Shown: positions 16,440 to 37,081 of the stretch, piece after piece
Position numbering within the stretch: the stretch's first letter is position 1
Layout: each line of letters starts with the position of its first letter
NCBI RefSeq assembly: GCF_009914755.1
Contig: NC_060927.1
From: the human T2T-CHM13v2.0 reference genome, Homo sapiens
Direction: 5' to 3' (one strand)
DNA length: 64,000 nt
Made by a program: the position numbers and the translations under genes
Notes under the pieces: model-generated
Database searches by the model: none
Told to the model about the DNA's origin: nothing
Seen by the model: only the letters and a program-made list of their open reading frames with translations

Positions 16440-16933
16440 GTGTCAGAGCCCCAGGAACAGAAAGTGGTTGACTTGTGGGTTGGTAAGAAGAATTTACCAA
16501 TAACAGTATAGGTTTGAAAAGGAAAGTTTTATTACATAGAAAGTACACTGCAGAAGAGCACAGCTGGGCACCTCAATGAGAGAGGACTGAGCGCACCACC
16601 GTGGATTTTTCCTTAGTAGGATTTATGGGCCTTAAAGCAGGAGACTAAGGGTAATTCGGATCATATTACCCAGGTAGCTCATGACAAATGATTACAATTT
16701 TGGGCATTTTGGTGCCTTACTGTCAGCAAGCATTGCTCAATGAGTTTCTTTATGCATGCATTCTGGAGATGTACAGAAATTCTAGTTACTTATAAATTTT
16801 TGGAAAAGAAACCTGGAACCAGATGCTTGCTCTAGATAATAGGGAAGTCTAATTACTTCTGAATTCCTGAGATCAGGAGTTTTGCCTCTGGCTGATCTGC
16901 TTCAGGGCCACCAGGTGATCTTTGTTCTTCTCA
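16440..16933 (-). mobile_element. Solo ERV1 LTR (MER83/MER84-like) in an old L1ME remnant
   Basis: Minus strand starts TGAGAAGAACAAAGATCACCTGGTGGCC...CAAAACTCCTGATCTCAGGAATTCAGAAGTAATTAGACTTCCC. Confidence 0.6.
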
Positions 16934-17025
16934 CAATGTTGAGTATGGAGATCTCATTTATATTAATTTTGAAAGCATAAGCAACAATACTGTGTATTGT
17001 TTATAGATACCTATGGTATTAATAC

Positions 17026-17813
17026 TGATATAAGCAGGAGACAGGAAATACCAGGGAGAAGATAGCAGTTCCCTGGCAAAGACCCCATCTTCAAGCCTGG
17101 ATACCCATGGCCCTAAATGGGAACAGGCATTCCTGTTTTCACACCCAAAAAGTTGCCTTTTGGCCTCCCATGACCCCTATCCTGTACCCATATAAACCCT
17201 GAACCCAAGGCTCCAGAAGGAGATCAACAGACGAGCAGACAAACAGCAGAACAGCATGACAGAGAAGGAGAGAAGAGAAGGACCATTTGAACACCAACAG
17301 GAGTTTGACTGGGGATAATCAGAGAGGGGATCAGCCACTGGATGGCCAACCTCCAGGGGAAAATCATCCTCCCACTTCATCCCCCTTCCAGCTCCCCATC
17401 CATCCCACTGAGAGCCACCTCCACCACTCAATAAAACCCCTACATTCACTCTTCAAGTCCGTGTGTGATCCGATTCTTCCAGGATGCTCAGAATACGGAA
17501 AGCTGTCACATTGGCCCTCTGCCTTTGCAAAAAGGCAGAGGGTCCTCTGAGCTGGTTAACACTTAAGCCATCTACAGACAGCAAGGCTAAAAGGGCACAC
17601 TGTAACACATGCCCACTTGGGCTTTGGGAGTCACAGACACCCACCCCTAGATGCTGCCGTGGGGTTGGAGCCCAAAAGGACTCACCCCAGTTCCTGTGCC
17701 TACCATCTGTATGCTCCCCCTCCCATAAGTGGTTTGAGCTCATGGTGGCAGAACAGAGAGCCATGCTTCTGCTGCACATCCTGTGAGGGGGCCCAGGGAA
17801 CTCTCCCATTTCA
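17026..17813 (+). mobile_element. MER50-type solo LTR
   Basis: TGATATAAGCAGGAGACAGGAAATACC...GGGAACTCTCCCATTTCA; AATAAA near 17430; homologous to 20690-21464. Confidence 0.8.
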
Positions 17814-18671
17814 ATATAACAATATACATGGAAATAATAAACAGCAAACTCAAGATTGTGGGCTTATCTGGGAAGGTAGACAGGAGATTGATATTGGAGA
17901 GGGGTGTAAAATGGGCCTCAGCTAAATCTGTAATGTTTTGTTTATTTTAAAAATAGAATATGGTAAATGTAGAATAAAATATGGCAGAATCTTCAGATTT
18001 GATAGTGCTGGGGAGCTCAGTAGTGATATATGTATGTTGATTTCTTATCCTCAATAATACTTTTAAAGAAAATCAAGAATATTTCACATCAAAGTATACT
18101 TCTTTGACATATTTTGAGATGACTATTCAGAGGGCCTGCAAACACAAGAATCAGCCTGCAAAGCTGTCTTTTGTGGAAGAGATCTGCATCTGTAGAAGAA
18201 ATAAAGTGAAGTAAACAATAGATTGAAACAGGCTTTTTCTGAAGCCCCCATTGCCCAGATCTGGGAAAAATTAACTGAGAGCCAGATACCTTTAAAGGTT
18301 TTATAGAAACATCTACCACAGGCTCCCATCTCTTCTTCCTGAAGGCTGCTACCTGTGAGATCATCTGCACAACAAGACCACCTTTGCAGCACGCCTTGCC
18401 TCTTCTCTCCTTCCCGTAATCTCTCATGCCACCATAACCTGTCCTGACGAGCTTCAAGCCCCTATTCTTTCCATATTCTCGAGATAGTATAAAAGCACCA
18501 ACCATCTGGCCATTTCTTTGAGTTTCTCACACTTTGTATAACTTCCATCTGATATGCACATTAATAAATTTGTATGTCCTTTTTCCCCTGTTAATCTGTC
18601 CATTATCAGTTTGTTTTATAGACTCAAATTAGTAAAATTTCATGGGAAATTTTTCAACTTCCCTGCAGTCT

Positions 18672-18689
18672 TGGTGTTGTCAGCAGGAT
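18672..18689 (+). promoter_or_regulatory. Retroviral primer binding site, tRNA-Ser type
   Basis: TGGTGTTGTCAGCAGGAT versus recalled tRNA-Ser PBS TGGCGTAGTCGGCAGGAT: 15/18, two mismatches at CpGs; 4 nt after the LTR end. Confidence 0.8.
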
Positions 18690-19132
18690 AACAAATCACT
18701 CTGTTCTGGAGCCTATGGATGAGATTTTGGAGCAACTGATCAAAGCCAGCAAAGAAAGGTAAGAAATTTTTTCCCGAGTCACTTTTATCAGATCTCTGCC
18801 TATGGCACTCAGGTCAAATGAGGGAAGTAAGAATCTGTCTTGTTCCCTTTCCAAGCTGGATTAACAGGAAAAAAACGTATCCAAACTAGTTCACTTATGG
18901 AATAAATAAATTGGCTATACTTAAAATAAACATTTTTTAAAACTTTCATCTTAAACAGCTATCTTATCAGTACCTATGAAAATATACAAAAGGAATATAG
19001 CCTTAGAAACTCCCTTGGCAAGAGTTTAAAAAAAAAAAAAGGAAAGCAGAAATCAGATTTAAACTCAAAATCTTTTCTATATTCAAACTGCCTGCTTTGG
19101 ATCCCCTGTAAGATTTGCAAAGAAGGGCACTC

Positions 19133-19206
19133 CACCTAGTAGTCTATTAGTTAAGATTCTACACTTCCACCACTTCAGCCTAGGTCTGATTCCCATCAGG
19201 GAACCA
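19133..19206 (+). pseudogene. Degenerate tRNA-Glu copy with 3' CCA inside the ERV leader
   Basis: Manual alignment gives 53/75 identity to recalled tRNA-Glu(CTC)+CCA; ends GATTCCC-ATCAGGGAACCA. Confidence 0.8.
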
Positions 19207-19282
19207 GTGTCTTGGTGATGTAAGTCCTTCAACTCAGGAGGAAAAAAAGAGAGAGAGAAACATTTATTAGGAAATTTATTTG

Positions 19283-19598
19283 GGCCAGGCACAGTGGCTC
19301 ACACCTGTAATACCTGCCCCTTGTGAGGCCAAGAGGGGAAGATTGCTTGAGGAGTTCAAGACCAGACTGGGCAGAACATAGCAAGACCTCCCCTCAAAAA
19401 AAAAAAAAAAACACACACAAAACACGAAACAAACAGGCATGGTGGCTTGCACCTGTAGTCCTACAGCTACTCAGAAGGCTGAGGCAGGAGGATCCCCTGA
19501 GCCCAGGAGTTCAAGGATACAGTGAGCTATGATTGTGCCACTGCACTCAACCTGGGCAATAGAGAAAGACCCTGTTTCTAAAAGTAAATAAATAAAAA
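19283..19598 (+). mobile_element. AluJ-like
   Basis: Alu dimer with an expanded A/CA-rich linker. Confidence 0.85.
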
Positions 19599-19640
19599 TT
19601 GGTGTAATATGTGTGTGATTCTTGACTTTAAGGGGATTCC

Positions 19641-19911
19641 ATTTATTTATTTATTTATTTATTTATTTGAGATGGAATCTCACTCTGTCACTCTGAGTAT
19701 GGATTACAATGGCGTGATCTTGCCTCACTGCAACCTCTGCCTCCTGGGTTCAAGTGATTCTCCTGCCTCAGCCTCCTGAATACCTGGGATTACAGGCGCG
19801 TGCCATCACACCTGGCTAATTTTTGTATTTTTAGTAGAGACAGGGTTTCATCATGTTGGTCAGGCTGGGCTCGATCTCCAGACCTCGTGATCCGCCCACC
19901 CTGGCTTCCCA
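19641..19911 (-). mobile_element. AluS-like, 5'-truncated
   Basis: (TTTA)n tail followed by the Alu reverse complement. Confidence 0.88.
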
Positions 19912-20689
19912 GATCCTTTTCCCTTCCATGGACAACTTCTGGCCTGTCTTATTGATATTTTGTCTCTTTTAATCCTCCATCTATGGGGTATACAATTGTA
20001 TGTACAATGTGTATGCTGATGGTCAGCTGAGAAGCTGACATGCTAGAGAATATTGCTGGACAGAAATGCAGATTGTACCCTACTTGTAGCTACTAACACT
20101 TTCCTTTCTTTGACCTTTCTTTGGGGTGGTTTTGAGAAGGTTGCAAGGACTGCTTTGTGCCTCTTAGAAGATGCCTCATGAGTCTTTGGTTAAGTCATAA
20201 AAGGCTTATTGGTTTTGGCTCTGAGTCACTTGGAAAATACCTTTGGTTTAAAAATCTGATAGTAAGAGATTTGAAAAGATTTTTTAAGAGCTCTGTAGGC
20301 AAAAGTCAGCTTAATAAAAAGCTGATATTCAGGCTATTTATATATATTTAATGGTCCATCTGCTTTTTTTCTTTTGGATCTTGTTTCTCCCTAGAAGTTT
20401 TTCCGTTGAATGAAATCTGTTGTAAAAAAGTTATATGTTCCATCCCTTTGTTCACTTTCTTTCTTGTTGGTATAATTTTTGCTGAGAAAAAAAAATGTAA
20501 AACTTAATTGGTTTTTGGAAGGTTTAAAATCTTTCCAAATGGTTGCTCTAAGACTTGCTTTCCCATTTACTTCTACTCCTTCCTTTTTTGTGACATTCAA
20601 TACCACATGAAGAGATCTAGAGGGGACTTCTGGTGGCCCTGAGACTGCTTGAAGAACACAGAAAGAAGCAGCACATACCCCTTTGTTAG

Positions 20690-21464
20690 TGAAATGAGAG
20701 AGTTCCCTGACCCCCTCGCAGGACATGTGACAGGGGTGTGGCTTGTCTATTCGGTTGCTGCTGCTGCTCAAACCCCTTATGGGATGGGGAGCATGTAGAT
20801 GGACAGGTGCAGAAGCTGGAGCACTGGGCTTCAGCCTCACAGCAGCGTCCAGGAGTGGGAGTCTGTGACTCCCAGATCCCAAGTTGGCATGTGTTACAGT
20901 CCATTCTTTTAGCCTTGCCATCCACAGACAGCTTAATTGTTAACCAGTGGACCCTCTGCCTTTTTACAACGGCAGAGGGCCAGTGTGACAGCTTTCTGTA
21001 TCCCGACAAGAGTCCAGCATCCCAGAAGAAGTGGGCCACACATGGACTTGAAGGATGGTGAATTTGGGGTTTTATTGGGTGGTGGAGGTGGCTCTCAGCA
21101 GGATAGATGGGGAACTGGAAAGTGTATGGAGTGGGAAGGTGATCTTCCCCTAGAATTGGGCCATTCAGCAGCCAATTCTCCGACCATCCCCAGCTGAACT
21201 CCTCCTGACATTCCTTCTCTTCTCTCCTTCTCTGCCGCTCTTCTGCTCTTCTGTTCGTCTGCTTATCTCCTGCTGGATTCAGGGGTTTGGGGTTTATATG
21301 AGTATAGAATACGGGGTGTGGTGGGCGAAAAGACAACTTTTTGGACATGAAAACAGGTATGCCTGTTCCCATTTAAGGCAGCAGGTATCCAGGCTTGAGG
21401 ATGGGGCCTTTGCAGGGCAACTGCCCTCTTCTACCCAGTATTTCCTCGTCTCCTGTCCATATCA
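20690..21464 (-). mobile_element. MER50-type solo LTR nested in the provirus
   Basis: Reverse-complement homologue of 17026-17813; TSD TTAG at 20686-20689 and 21465-21468. Confidence 0.85.
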
Positions 21465-22744
21465 TTAGGGTCTTCTGTATTCCTCATGGAACCCCAAGAG
21501 TCCTGGGCAGGCTGCTCTCAGGTCTAAAGCTCAGCTCCGTTTTGCATTGAGTTTCCCAATCTCCTTGGCTTTTAGGAATACCAGGGGTTACTTTTTACTG
21601 TGAAAGAACACTTAACCTTTGGGTGTTCGATGGCTGATAGGTCACTGCAGTTTTAGAGGTGGCTGACAGTTGTTCAGTGAATGGTTATTACTGAAGTGAG
21701 GCTAATTGTTTGAGTATTTAGATAAGAAAAGCACAGTTTGGACACTTGGAGGCTGTAGGAACACTTGCTATCAAGGTATAAAATTCCCATGGGGGATAGG
21801 CTGGTCACGGAGTGGGCTAATTGGCATTAGGTTTCCCAACAGCCTCAAAGAAAATGTCCTTGCAATGAGGTCCACTGTAGAATTGTTGCACAGCCTAGCC
21901 CCATGACATTTCCCTCTTGGCCTTTTGCCTCAGCTCTGGGGCACCTGGGATTCAGTGTAAAAATGGGATCCTTGGTTTCTGGGGATCTAGGTGCTCTGCC
22001 TTCCAGCTAAGCCTGCTTTCTACATATAAAGTACTGGGCCCTGAAAACTACAAAAGCCTTGTAAGCCCTATTCACTGCCCTGAGCTCCATGGTACAGTAA
22101 AAACACAGAAACTAAATTGGAAGTTACGAATCTAACTAAAATTGGTCTCCTTATAAAGTATGTGATGAATTCCTATGATTTTGTGTTATCTTGATATCTA
22201 TTTTTAAACTTCTTCTGTGTCTGTAATGCACACCCAAACTTTTTCTTGAAAAAGCTTAACTTCTCTTTCGTTTGACAGTAAATTTGCTACCCTGTTTCCT
22301 TTAAACTTAGTAGGGACTTAAACCATGTGGCATAGATAAATTTTAACTTGTTACATTTACAGAGGCACAGTTTAATCCAACAGTACTTTTAAACTAGGGA
22401 GTTTTACCTGTCTCACGGCAAAATTTGAAAATCAAATCTATAAAATCTGTGTTTGTCTGCATTTTTATGTATACATTTGTACATTTTTGTGTTTATATAT
22501 AGTCTACATGGTACAAAATTGACATAAATGATCCCTCATAAATTCAGTAAATAAGTCCAAATGATTTTCAAGTTCACATGACTAGCAATCTTAGATAAAT
22601 ACAGCTAGTTTTTAAATTGTTGGTATAATAAAATAGAAATGTCTTCAGAATTTTAAGCATTTTTGCATGGTTCTACCGGTCAAACCAATTTATACTGTCT
22701 CTACTACATGTTTTAAAGTCATAAAACTTTTGCTTCTGTGATTT

Positions 22745-23110
22745 TTTGACTTTATTTTTTGTATTTGTACAAATTTATGGGGTACATGAGAAATTTTGTT
22801 ATATGTATATATTAGCAATCAAGTCAGGGTATTTAGAGTATCCACCACCTGAGTATGATACCCTTTTGCTAATACAGTCATCCTACTCTGCTATCAGACA
22901 TTATAGAATAGATTATATATATATATAAAATATATCTTACTGTATGTTTGTACCCTTTAGCCCACTTCTCTCTATCCTCTCCAGTTTCCCTCTCCCTACC
23001 ATTCCCTTCTCCCTACCACTTCCCTCTCCCTACCATTCACTCTTCCCAGCCTCTGTTATGTGTTTTTGTACTATACCTCCATGTATTCAAATTGCTTAGC
23101 TCCCACATTT
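22745..23110 (-). mobile_element. Short L1 3' end (L1PB/L1MA-like) nested in the provirus
   Basis: T-rich tail then TTTATGGGGTACATGAGAAATTTTGTTA...AGCTCCCACAT, an L1 3'UTR in reverse. Confidence 0.65.
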
Positions 23111-23757
23111 TGGTAATTATTTGTCAGTGTGCTAAAGCTATGTGGGCTGGTTTCTGGGCTCCCCCAAATCCTTGCATGCAACTTCCTGTGAGTTTATGTC
23201 CTTGATTTTGAGCCTTTAGATTCTGGAGTCTAGACAGGTGGCCATGGTGAGGCCTGGGGAAATATGTGTGTCACCAATGTCTGGGCTACAGAACAGAGCT
23301 AAGCCCACTATGGCCCCATCTTTCCTGGCCAAGCTTGGTCTCCTGGGCAAGTTGGGAAATGTTGAATCCTTCAGGCATTGTTATCACAGCTCTGTCCTCT
23401 GTCCTGGGCTCTCTATCTGGTACACAACAATGGAAATTTCTAACTTTCTTGGTTTTTCACTGGAAATGAGGGTTACTCATTAGTAGTAGTTAAAATTATA
23501 GTTAATATATATAATTTAAAATATTAGATATAAAGAAAACTATATATATACACAGATATAAAGAAAACAATATACAGATATAAAGAAAAAATATACAAGA
23601 TAGGATGTGTTTTTGGCAGGGAAGTTTATAAATGAGACATAAAGATGTAGTTTTTGTTCATGGAAATGCAATTTTGTCTAGTTTAGAGGTTATTTAAAGG
23701 TTATTTCACATTGAAGGAATAAAAGAAGAATGATATAGATAAAACAGAATGAGGATA

Positions 23758-31367
<7,610 letters not shown>

Positions 31368-31785
31368 CTACAACCCAGGAAAATCTGCCAGATTGCCACT
31401 GCCTGTCTGTTTCAACTGAAGATGTTTCTAACCCAAATCTGGCCATCTTCTCAACTGACTGCCCTCCAGACTCTAAAGAAACTAATTTATAGGCTGTTCC
31501 AAATGTTAACGTTATTTTTCTCTGTTTTCATAGAAATGTCTCTTATCAAAGATGTTTGGCCTAACTTTGAGAGCCCATCTGCAATGCCACCTGTTGCAAT
31601 GGGAAACAACAGTTTAACTGATGTAGTATCACAACTAAGAGACGGATTCAAGAAGATATGGCATGACATACTTATATTTGTTCTTTTCTGCTTATCCCAA
31701 TTTGTTTTGCTCCCTCTTATCTCAAAACTTCTAACCCAAATCTCTCCATAGCTACCAATCCTACTTTAATAAGTGACACTTCTGT

Positions 31786-32113
31786 GTTTTTTTTTTTTTT
31801 TTTTTGAGACAGGGTCTCTCTCTGTCACTCAGGATAGAGTGGCACAACCTCAGGTCACTGCAACCTCCCCCTCAAGGCTCAAGTGATCCTCCAACCTCCC
31901 CCTCAAGGCTCAAGTGATCCTCCCACCTCAGCCTCCTGAATAGCTGGGACTACAGGCACGTGCCACCATGGCTAGCTAATTATTTTTTTTTTTTCTGTAG
32001 AGATGGGCTTTTGCCATATTTCCCAGGCTGATCTCAAACTCCTGGGCTCAAGCGATCCACCCACCTCAGCCTCCTGAAGTGTTGAGATTACAGGCATGAG
32101 CCACTGCGCCCAA
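31786..32113 (-). mobile_element. AluJ-like with an internal 31-bp tandem duplication
   Basis: CAACCTCCCCCTCAAGGCTCAAGTGATCCTC twice; TSD-like TTAATAAGTGACACTTCT / TTAATAAGCGAAACGTTCT. Confidence 0.85.
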
Positions 32114-32386
32114 ACATTAATAAGCGAAACGTTCTAAAGTTTCAAGTGGGGGACTAAAGGAAACTAAGAAATGTTTCACTCCAAAATATACTTCTTTGAC
32201 ATATTTTGAGATGACTATTCAGAGGGCCTGCAACACAAGAATCAGCCTGCAAAGCTGAGTCTTTTACGGGGATTTGCATCTCTAGAGGAAATAAAGTGAA
32301 GTAAACAACAGATGCAAACAGGCTTTTTCTGAAGCCCCACCTTGTCCAGAACAAGGCAAGATTAACTGAGAGCCTGACACCTTTAA

Positions 32387-32819
<433 letters not shown>

Positions 32820-32901
32820 TAACCTCTCATGCCACCATAACCTGTCTTGACAAGCTTCAAGCCCCTATTCTTTCTGTAACCTCAAGATAGTATTAAAGAG
32901 T

Positions 32902-33558
32902 TGTGAATGGAAAATAAAATTTTGGGACCCCCTATTCACCATACCTAAGGGAAAAAGTCAAGCTTGAGAAGTGAGTCACACAAAACTGCCTCCCATTTTG
33001 TTCCTCAACAGCTACAAAGATGAAAGACTACCTACATACCTCCCTCGCAATTTGCTCACAAGCAAATTTTTTGTGGGCCCTCAAGATCCTTACCCTAAAA
33101 CAGTTCTGTTGAATTTCACCCTGACAATAACAAACAATTTATCTTCAGAAGAACGGGACAAAGGATAGAACCAGAAGTCATACCTCTGCTCACCTGAGAC
33201 AAATGCATATTTGACTGCTTCCTCTATTCTGTTTACGTATCTTATGTAAAAACGTAGATTCACTGAGCATGAGACAAATGCCTCTACCCTCTCCTTTCAC
33301 ATGTAAAATGTGGATCCACTGAACGCTGATGAAATCTTCAAAAGATTGCAACTTCTTGCCTCTTTCATCTACACTTCTTTTCTCTCCTGCCCATGTTTTC
33401 CCCTTTAAATATGGAAGCACTCAAAATCCTCTTTGGAAAAAAAGTGTGGGCCACAGATTCTATTGTGGCTAGTGGCTTTTTTTCCTGGGTGTATCATCAA
33501 CCTTGGCAAAATAACTCTCAGTTGATTGAGATCTGTCTCAGATACTTTTTGGTTTACA
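32902..33558 (+). mobile_element. MER4-type solo LTR inserted in the 3' LTR
   Basis: TGTGAATGGAAAATAAAATTTTGGGACCCC...TTTTGGTTTACA; absent from the 5' LTR at the equivalent position. Confidence 0.8.
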
Positions 33559-33769
33559 GCATCAGCTGTCTGGACATTTGAGTTTTTCATATTTTGTATG
33601 ACTCCCATGCCCATATGTACATTAATAAATCTGTATGCCTTTTTTCCTGTTAATCCATGGTCAGTTTGTTTTACAGACTCAAATTATCAAAGCTTCAGTG
33701 AAAAAAATTAAACTTTTATACACTTTGCATATATAAAATAATTTATAATTTTCCAAGTCTTCAGCTATG

Positions 33770-34340
33770 TACACCTATGGTCACAGTAGCATTATTCACA
33801 ATAGCTAAAAGGTAGAAGCAACGTAAGTGTCCATCAGTGGATGAATAAACAAAATGTCATCGATACATGCAATGGGATATTATTCAGCCTTAAAAAGGAA
33901 GGAAAGTTGATAAATGCTTGAGGTGATAAGATACCCCAATTACCCTGATTTGATCATTACACATTGAATGTTTGTATCAAAATGACACATGTACCCCATA
34001 AATACATACAATATTATATATCCCTAATTAAAAATAATTTTTAAAAATGAAGGAAATTCTGATACATACTACGACATGGATGAACCTTGAGGACATTATG
34101 CCAAGTGAAATACGCCAGACACAAAAGGACAATTGTCATATGATTCCACTTATATGAGGTACCTCAAGTAGTCAAAATCATAGAGACAGAAAGTAGAATG
34201 GTGGTTACCAGGGACTGGGGAAGAGAGAATGTGGAGTTATTGTTTAATGAGTAAAATTTCCGTTTGGGAAGATAAAAAATTTCTGGAGATGGAGAGTGAT
34301 TATGATTGTAAACTAAATGGTTAAAATGGTAAATTTTATA
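33770..34340 (+). mobile_element. L1MB/MC 3' fragment containing a nested short L1MA 3' end (~33906-34045)
   Basis: CACAGTAGCATTATTCACAATAGCTAAAAGGTAGAAGCAAC...; the insert is flanked by AAAAAGGAAGGAAA / AAAAATGAAGGAAA. Confidence 0.75.
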
Positions 34341-34506
34341 TGTTTTGCTATTTTTAAGGGTTTAATTTTTTTAAATTATTATTACATAAATGTCCATCAA
34401 TAGAGGATCAATAACAGAAATTTTAGAAATCATACAAGGAAACACCACAGAATGAAAAACAATGAAATAGATCCACATGTGCTGGTATGGAATGCTTGCC
34501 AAGGTC

Positions 34507-34541
34507 ACACACACACACACACACATACACACACACACACA
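34507..34541. repeat. (CA)n microsatellite
   Basis: Directly visible. Confidence 0.95.
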
Positions 34542-35531
34542 TACCCCAAGGTGATGAACAGAACAGTAGGGATGGAATGCCTCCATTCACGTTACATAGA
34601 CTTTATCTGGAAAAGACTCAAGAAACTGCTAACCGCGATCAATTGCCGCTGGGCAGGGGGGACATGGCAGCATGGAGTTCAGGAGTGAGTTCAGGACTTA
34701 TGTATTTCGAAAAAAAAAAACAATTCTTTTTGAAAACAGCAATCTTCTAAATTATCCATAGTACTGAAAGAGAGGAATAAAGAAGAAATAACTAGATCCA
34801 CCCCTAATACCCCAGTTATGGGGATCTGAATTTCAAGAGGTCAAGTGACAAGCCAGGGAACACACTGGTGACAGAACTGAGACCAGTTACCCAGTATGTA
34901 CTTTTTCTGAATGTTTGAAATATTTAATAAAACTACTTTTTTAAAAAAGTCTCTTTCTTCATTGCTAGCTTATTAAAGCAGAAAATATTGTTTTCCCCAA
35001 AAATAAACTATGTTTGGGAAAATTTTAATATTTTATAGTTTAATTTTTATGTCAGCAAGATTTCCATGTTTGGTAACATTTGCCCTTGTATATAATTGTG
35101 TTTTTAAATTTTCAAGTCTTCTTTGATGAAAGATTTTTCTAGTCCTTTACTTCCTGGTTGGGGCCTTCATTGACCATTATTTTAATTTCCATGTTTGTTG
35201 TTGTTCACATAACCGAATATGTAGAGAACAGATTTTTTTAAACAAAATAGATGTTTTTAAATAATCACAAAAAATGAGACATTCACACATGCCTGTGCAT
35301 ATATATCTATCCATACATATATATGGATCCTGATTTCCAATTCAACACTTTCCCACTCTGTCATCCTTTACAGACTTAAGCTGCAAAAACAGTCCTCAGT
35401 ATCTCTTAAAGGCATGACTTGTTTTATTTACAGATAAAAACTCATATCCTCCACAAGGTGGTTTTCAACCAAACATCCTGCTTTAAAGTTAGTTCACCAA
35501 CCACAAACTGCTAACTGTAAAATCTAGACAG

Positions 35532-35548
35532 TCCACAAGGTGGCACTA
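35532..35548 (+). promoter_or_regulatory. Candidate CTCF site
   Basis: TCCACAAGGTGGCACTA fits the CCASYAGRKGGCRC core with one mismatch; in unique sequence 1.5 kb past the gene end. Confidence 0.55.
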
Positions 35549-37075
35549 GATACCGTTGGTCAAAGTCCATAACCTAGTAAGGATTTCTAGAAAACAGGGT
35601 TAGAGAGGTGCCTCTGGCATCAGCAAAGATGAAAAATTGAAGCTAATATGAAAGGCATCTTGTTCCTGTCTAGAGGGACAACTTCCAGCCAAAACACATT
35701 TGAAGCTCTAATTACATACTTAAAGATTTATCCAAAATGCCAAGCATAAGTTATAGACTGCCTATGGTGGAGTGTATTTCTTCCAGTGGCAAATTTACAT
35801 CTGTTCCTTTGGACACACTTCATTACTAGCATATGATCATCTTAAACATGTTTCCATAAACTCCCTCCTAGTATACATTCCCCCTAAATATATATACACA
35901 CATACACACACAGACTTGAAGATTAAAAACCATGAAATGTATTTTTAGGGGATTTTTTTTGGTAAGAACTCATAATCAGATCCCTTTAAAATAATATTCA
36001 CGTTACACAATAGTTAACTGTCTTCATCTTTTTGTAATTCTTAATTTTCAAGTTATGAAGATCCCACAACTAAGAATTGTTGTGGTTTAAGCCTCAACTC
36101 AGATGATAAAAATCTTAAAACTCACATAAAAAGATCTATTTCTGATCTTTATAATCTTATACCAATTTATCATACATTGGGAAACTTTATCACCAGCCCT
36201 TTAAGAAATTATAAAGGATAACACCCAGCATTTGATCTTGAATAGATTTTCAGCCAATGAATGAGCCTCAGAAATGCCTTTAAAAAGGCTGAAAATCTGA
36301 AATCATTTAAGACTTTTTTGGTGCATATTATCATGGCTTTTTTAAAGCTAAGAATCTCCTGGAGATGATTTAATAAAATGTGCTGATGCCTTGAGTACTT
36401 TACAACACACAAATTCAGTGTGATCTATTCACTTCATTCAGAAACATTTTTTGTGTGTGCAGACCGAAGAATTTTTCCCACAACAGTAAGGGTATGTGTC
36501 TTGCATCCTGATTAATTAAAGCATAACAGCATCTTACAGCCTATAATCTACTTTTTTAAGTGAGCATTTAAATTCAAAAGTACACTGTATACAGAAAACC
36601 AGGCTGTTTAAAGGACCACATCTCAATTATATTGCATATATAAATTGATTATATTTGTAAGAGTATTTTACATGTAAAACACCCCCAAAAGATTAATGGG
36701 TATATGCTTTTTAATAATGTGTTTATTTCCAGCAGTGTTTATGGTACTAAGGCCAACTTTCTTAAAATTTGAAGGGAAAATAAATATTAAAATCTACCAA
36801 CAAAATTGAGAACTCACTCCAGTCCCAGGCTAACTCCAGTGATGGGGAGAACGGGCAGTGTGGGCAGCTAGGTTGATTCTACTGCCAACCTAAAAGCTTA
36901 CAGTACTTGCATGATTTCCAGAAGACCATGGCAGACTGTGTGCAGACTGATGAATGGAGAACCCACAGTCATCGAGAATCGGCATCAAAATAACGTCTCA
37001 GTGATGACAATTTACCTTCTTCCCTTGATCTTCAACTCATAACCAAACAATTTTCAGACAAGACTCAGAAACCGT

Positions 37076-37081
37076 TTTATT
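37076..37081 (-). terminator. ZMAT3: Distal poly(A) signal AATAAA of ZMAT3
   Basis: TTTATT on plus; GU/U-rich downstream element on minus (TGTCTGAAAATTGTTTGGTT). Confidence 0.65.

Noticed and set aside
19133-19206. Functional tRNA gene
   Set aside because: Stems, T-loop/B-box and anticodon are mutated, there is an encoded CCA, and no immediate poly(T) terminator follows
20391-21372. 228-aa and 176-aa ORFs
   Set aside because: They lie in the MER50 LTR, show no retroviral protein motifs, and are not conserved as a frame in the sister copy
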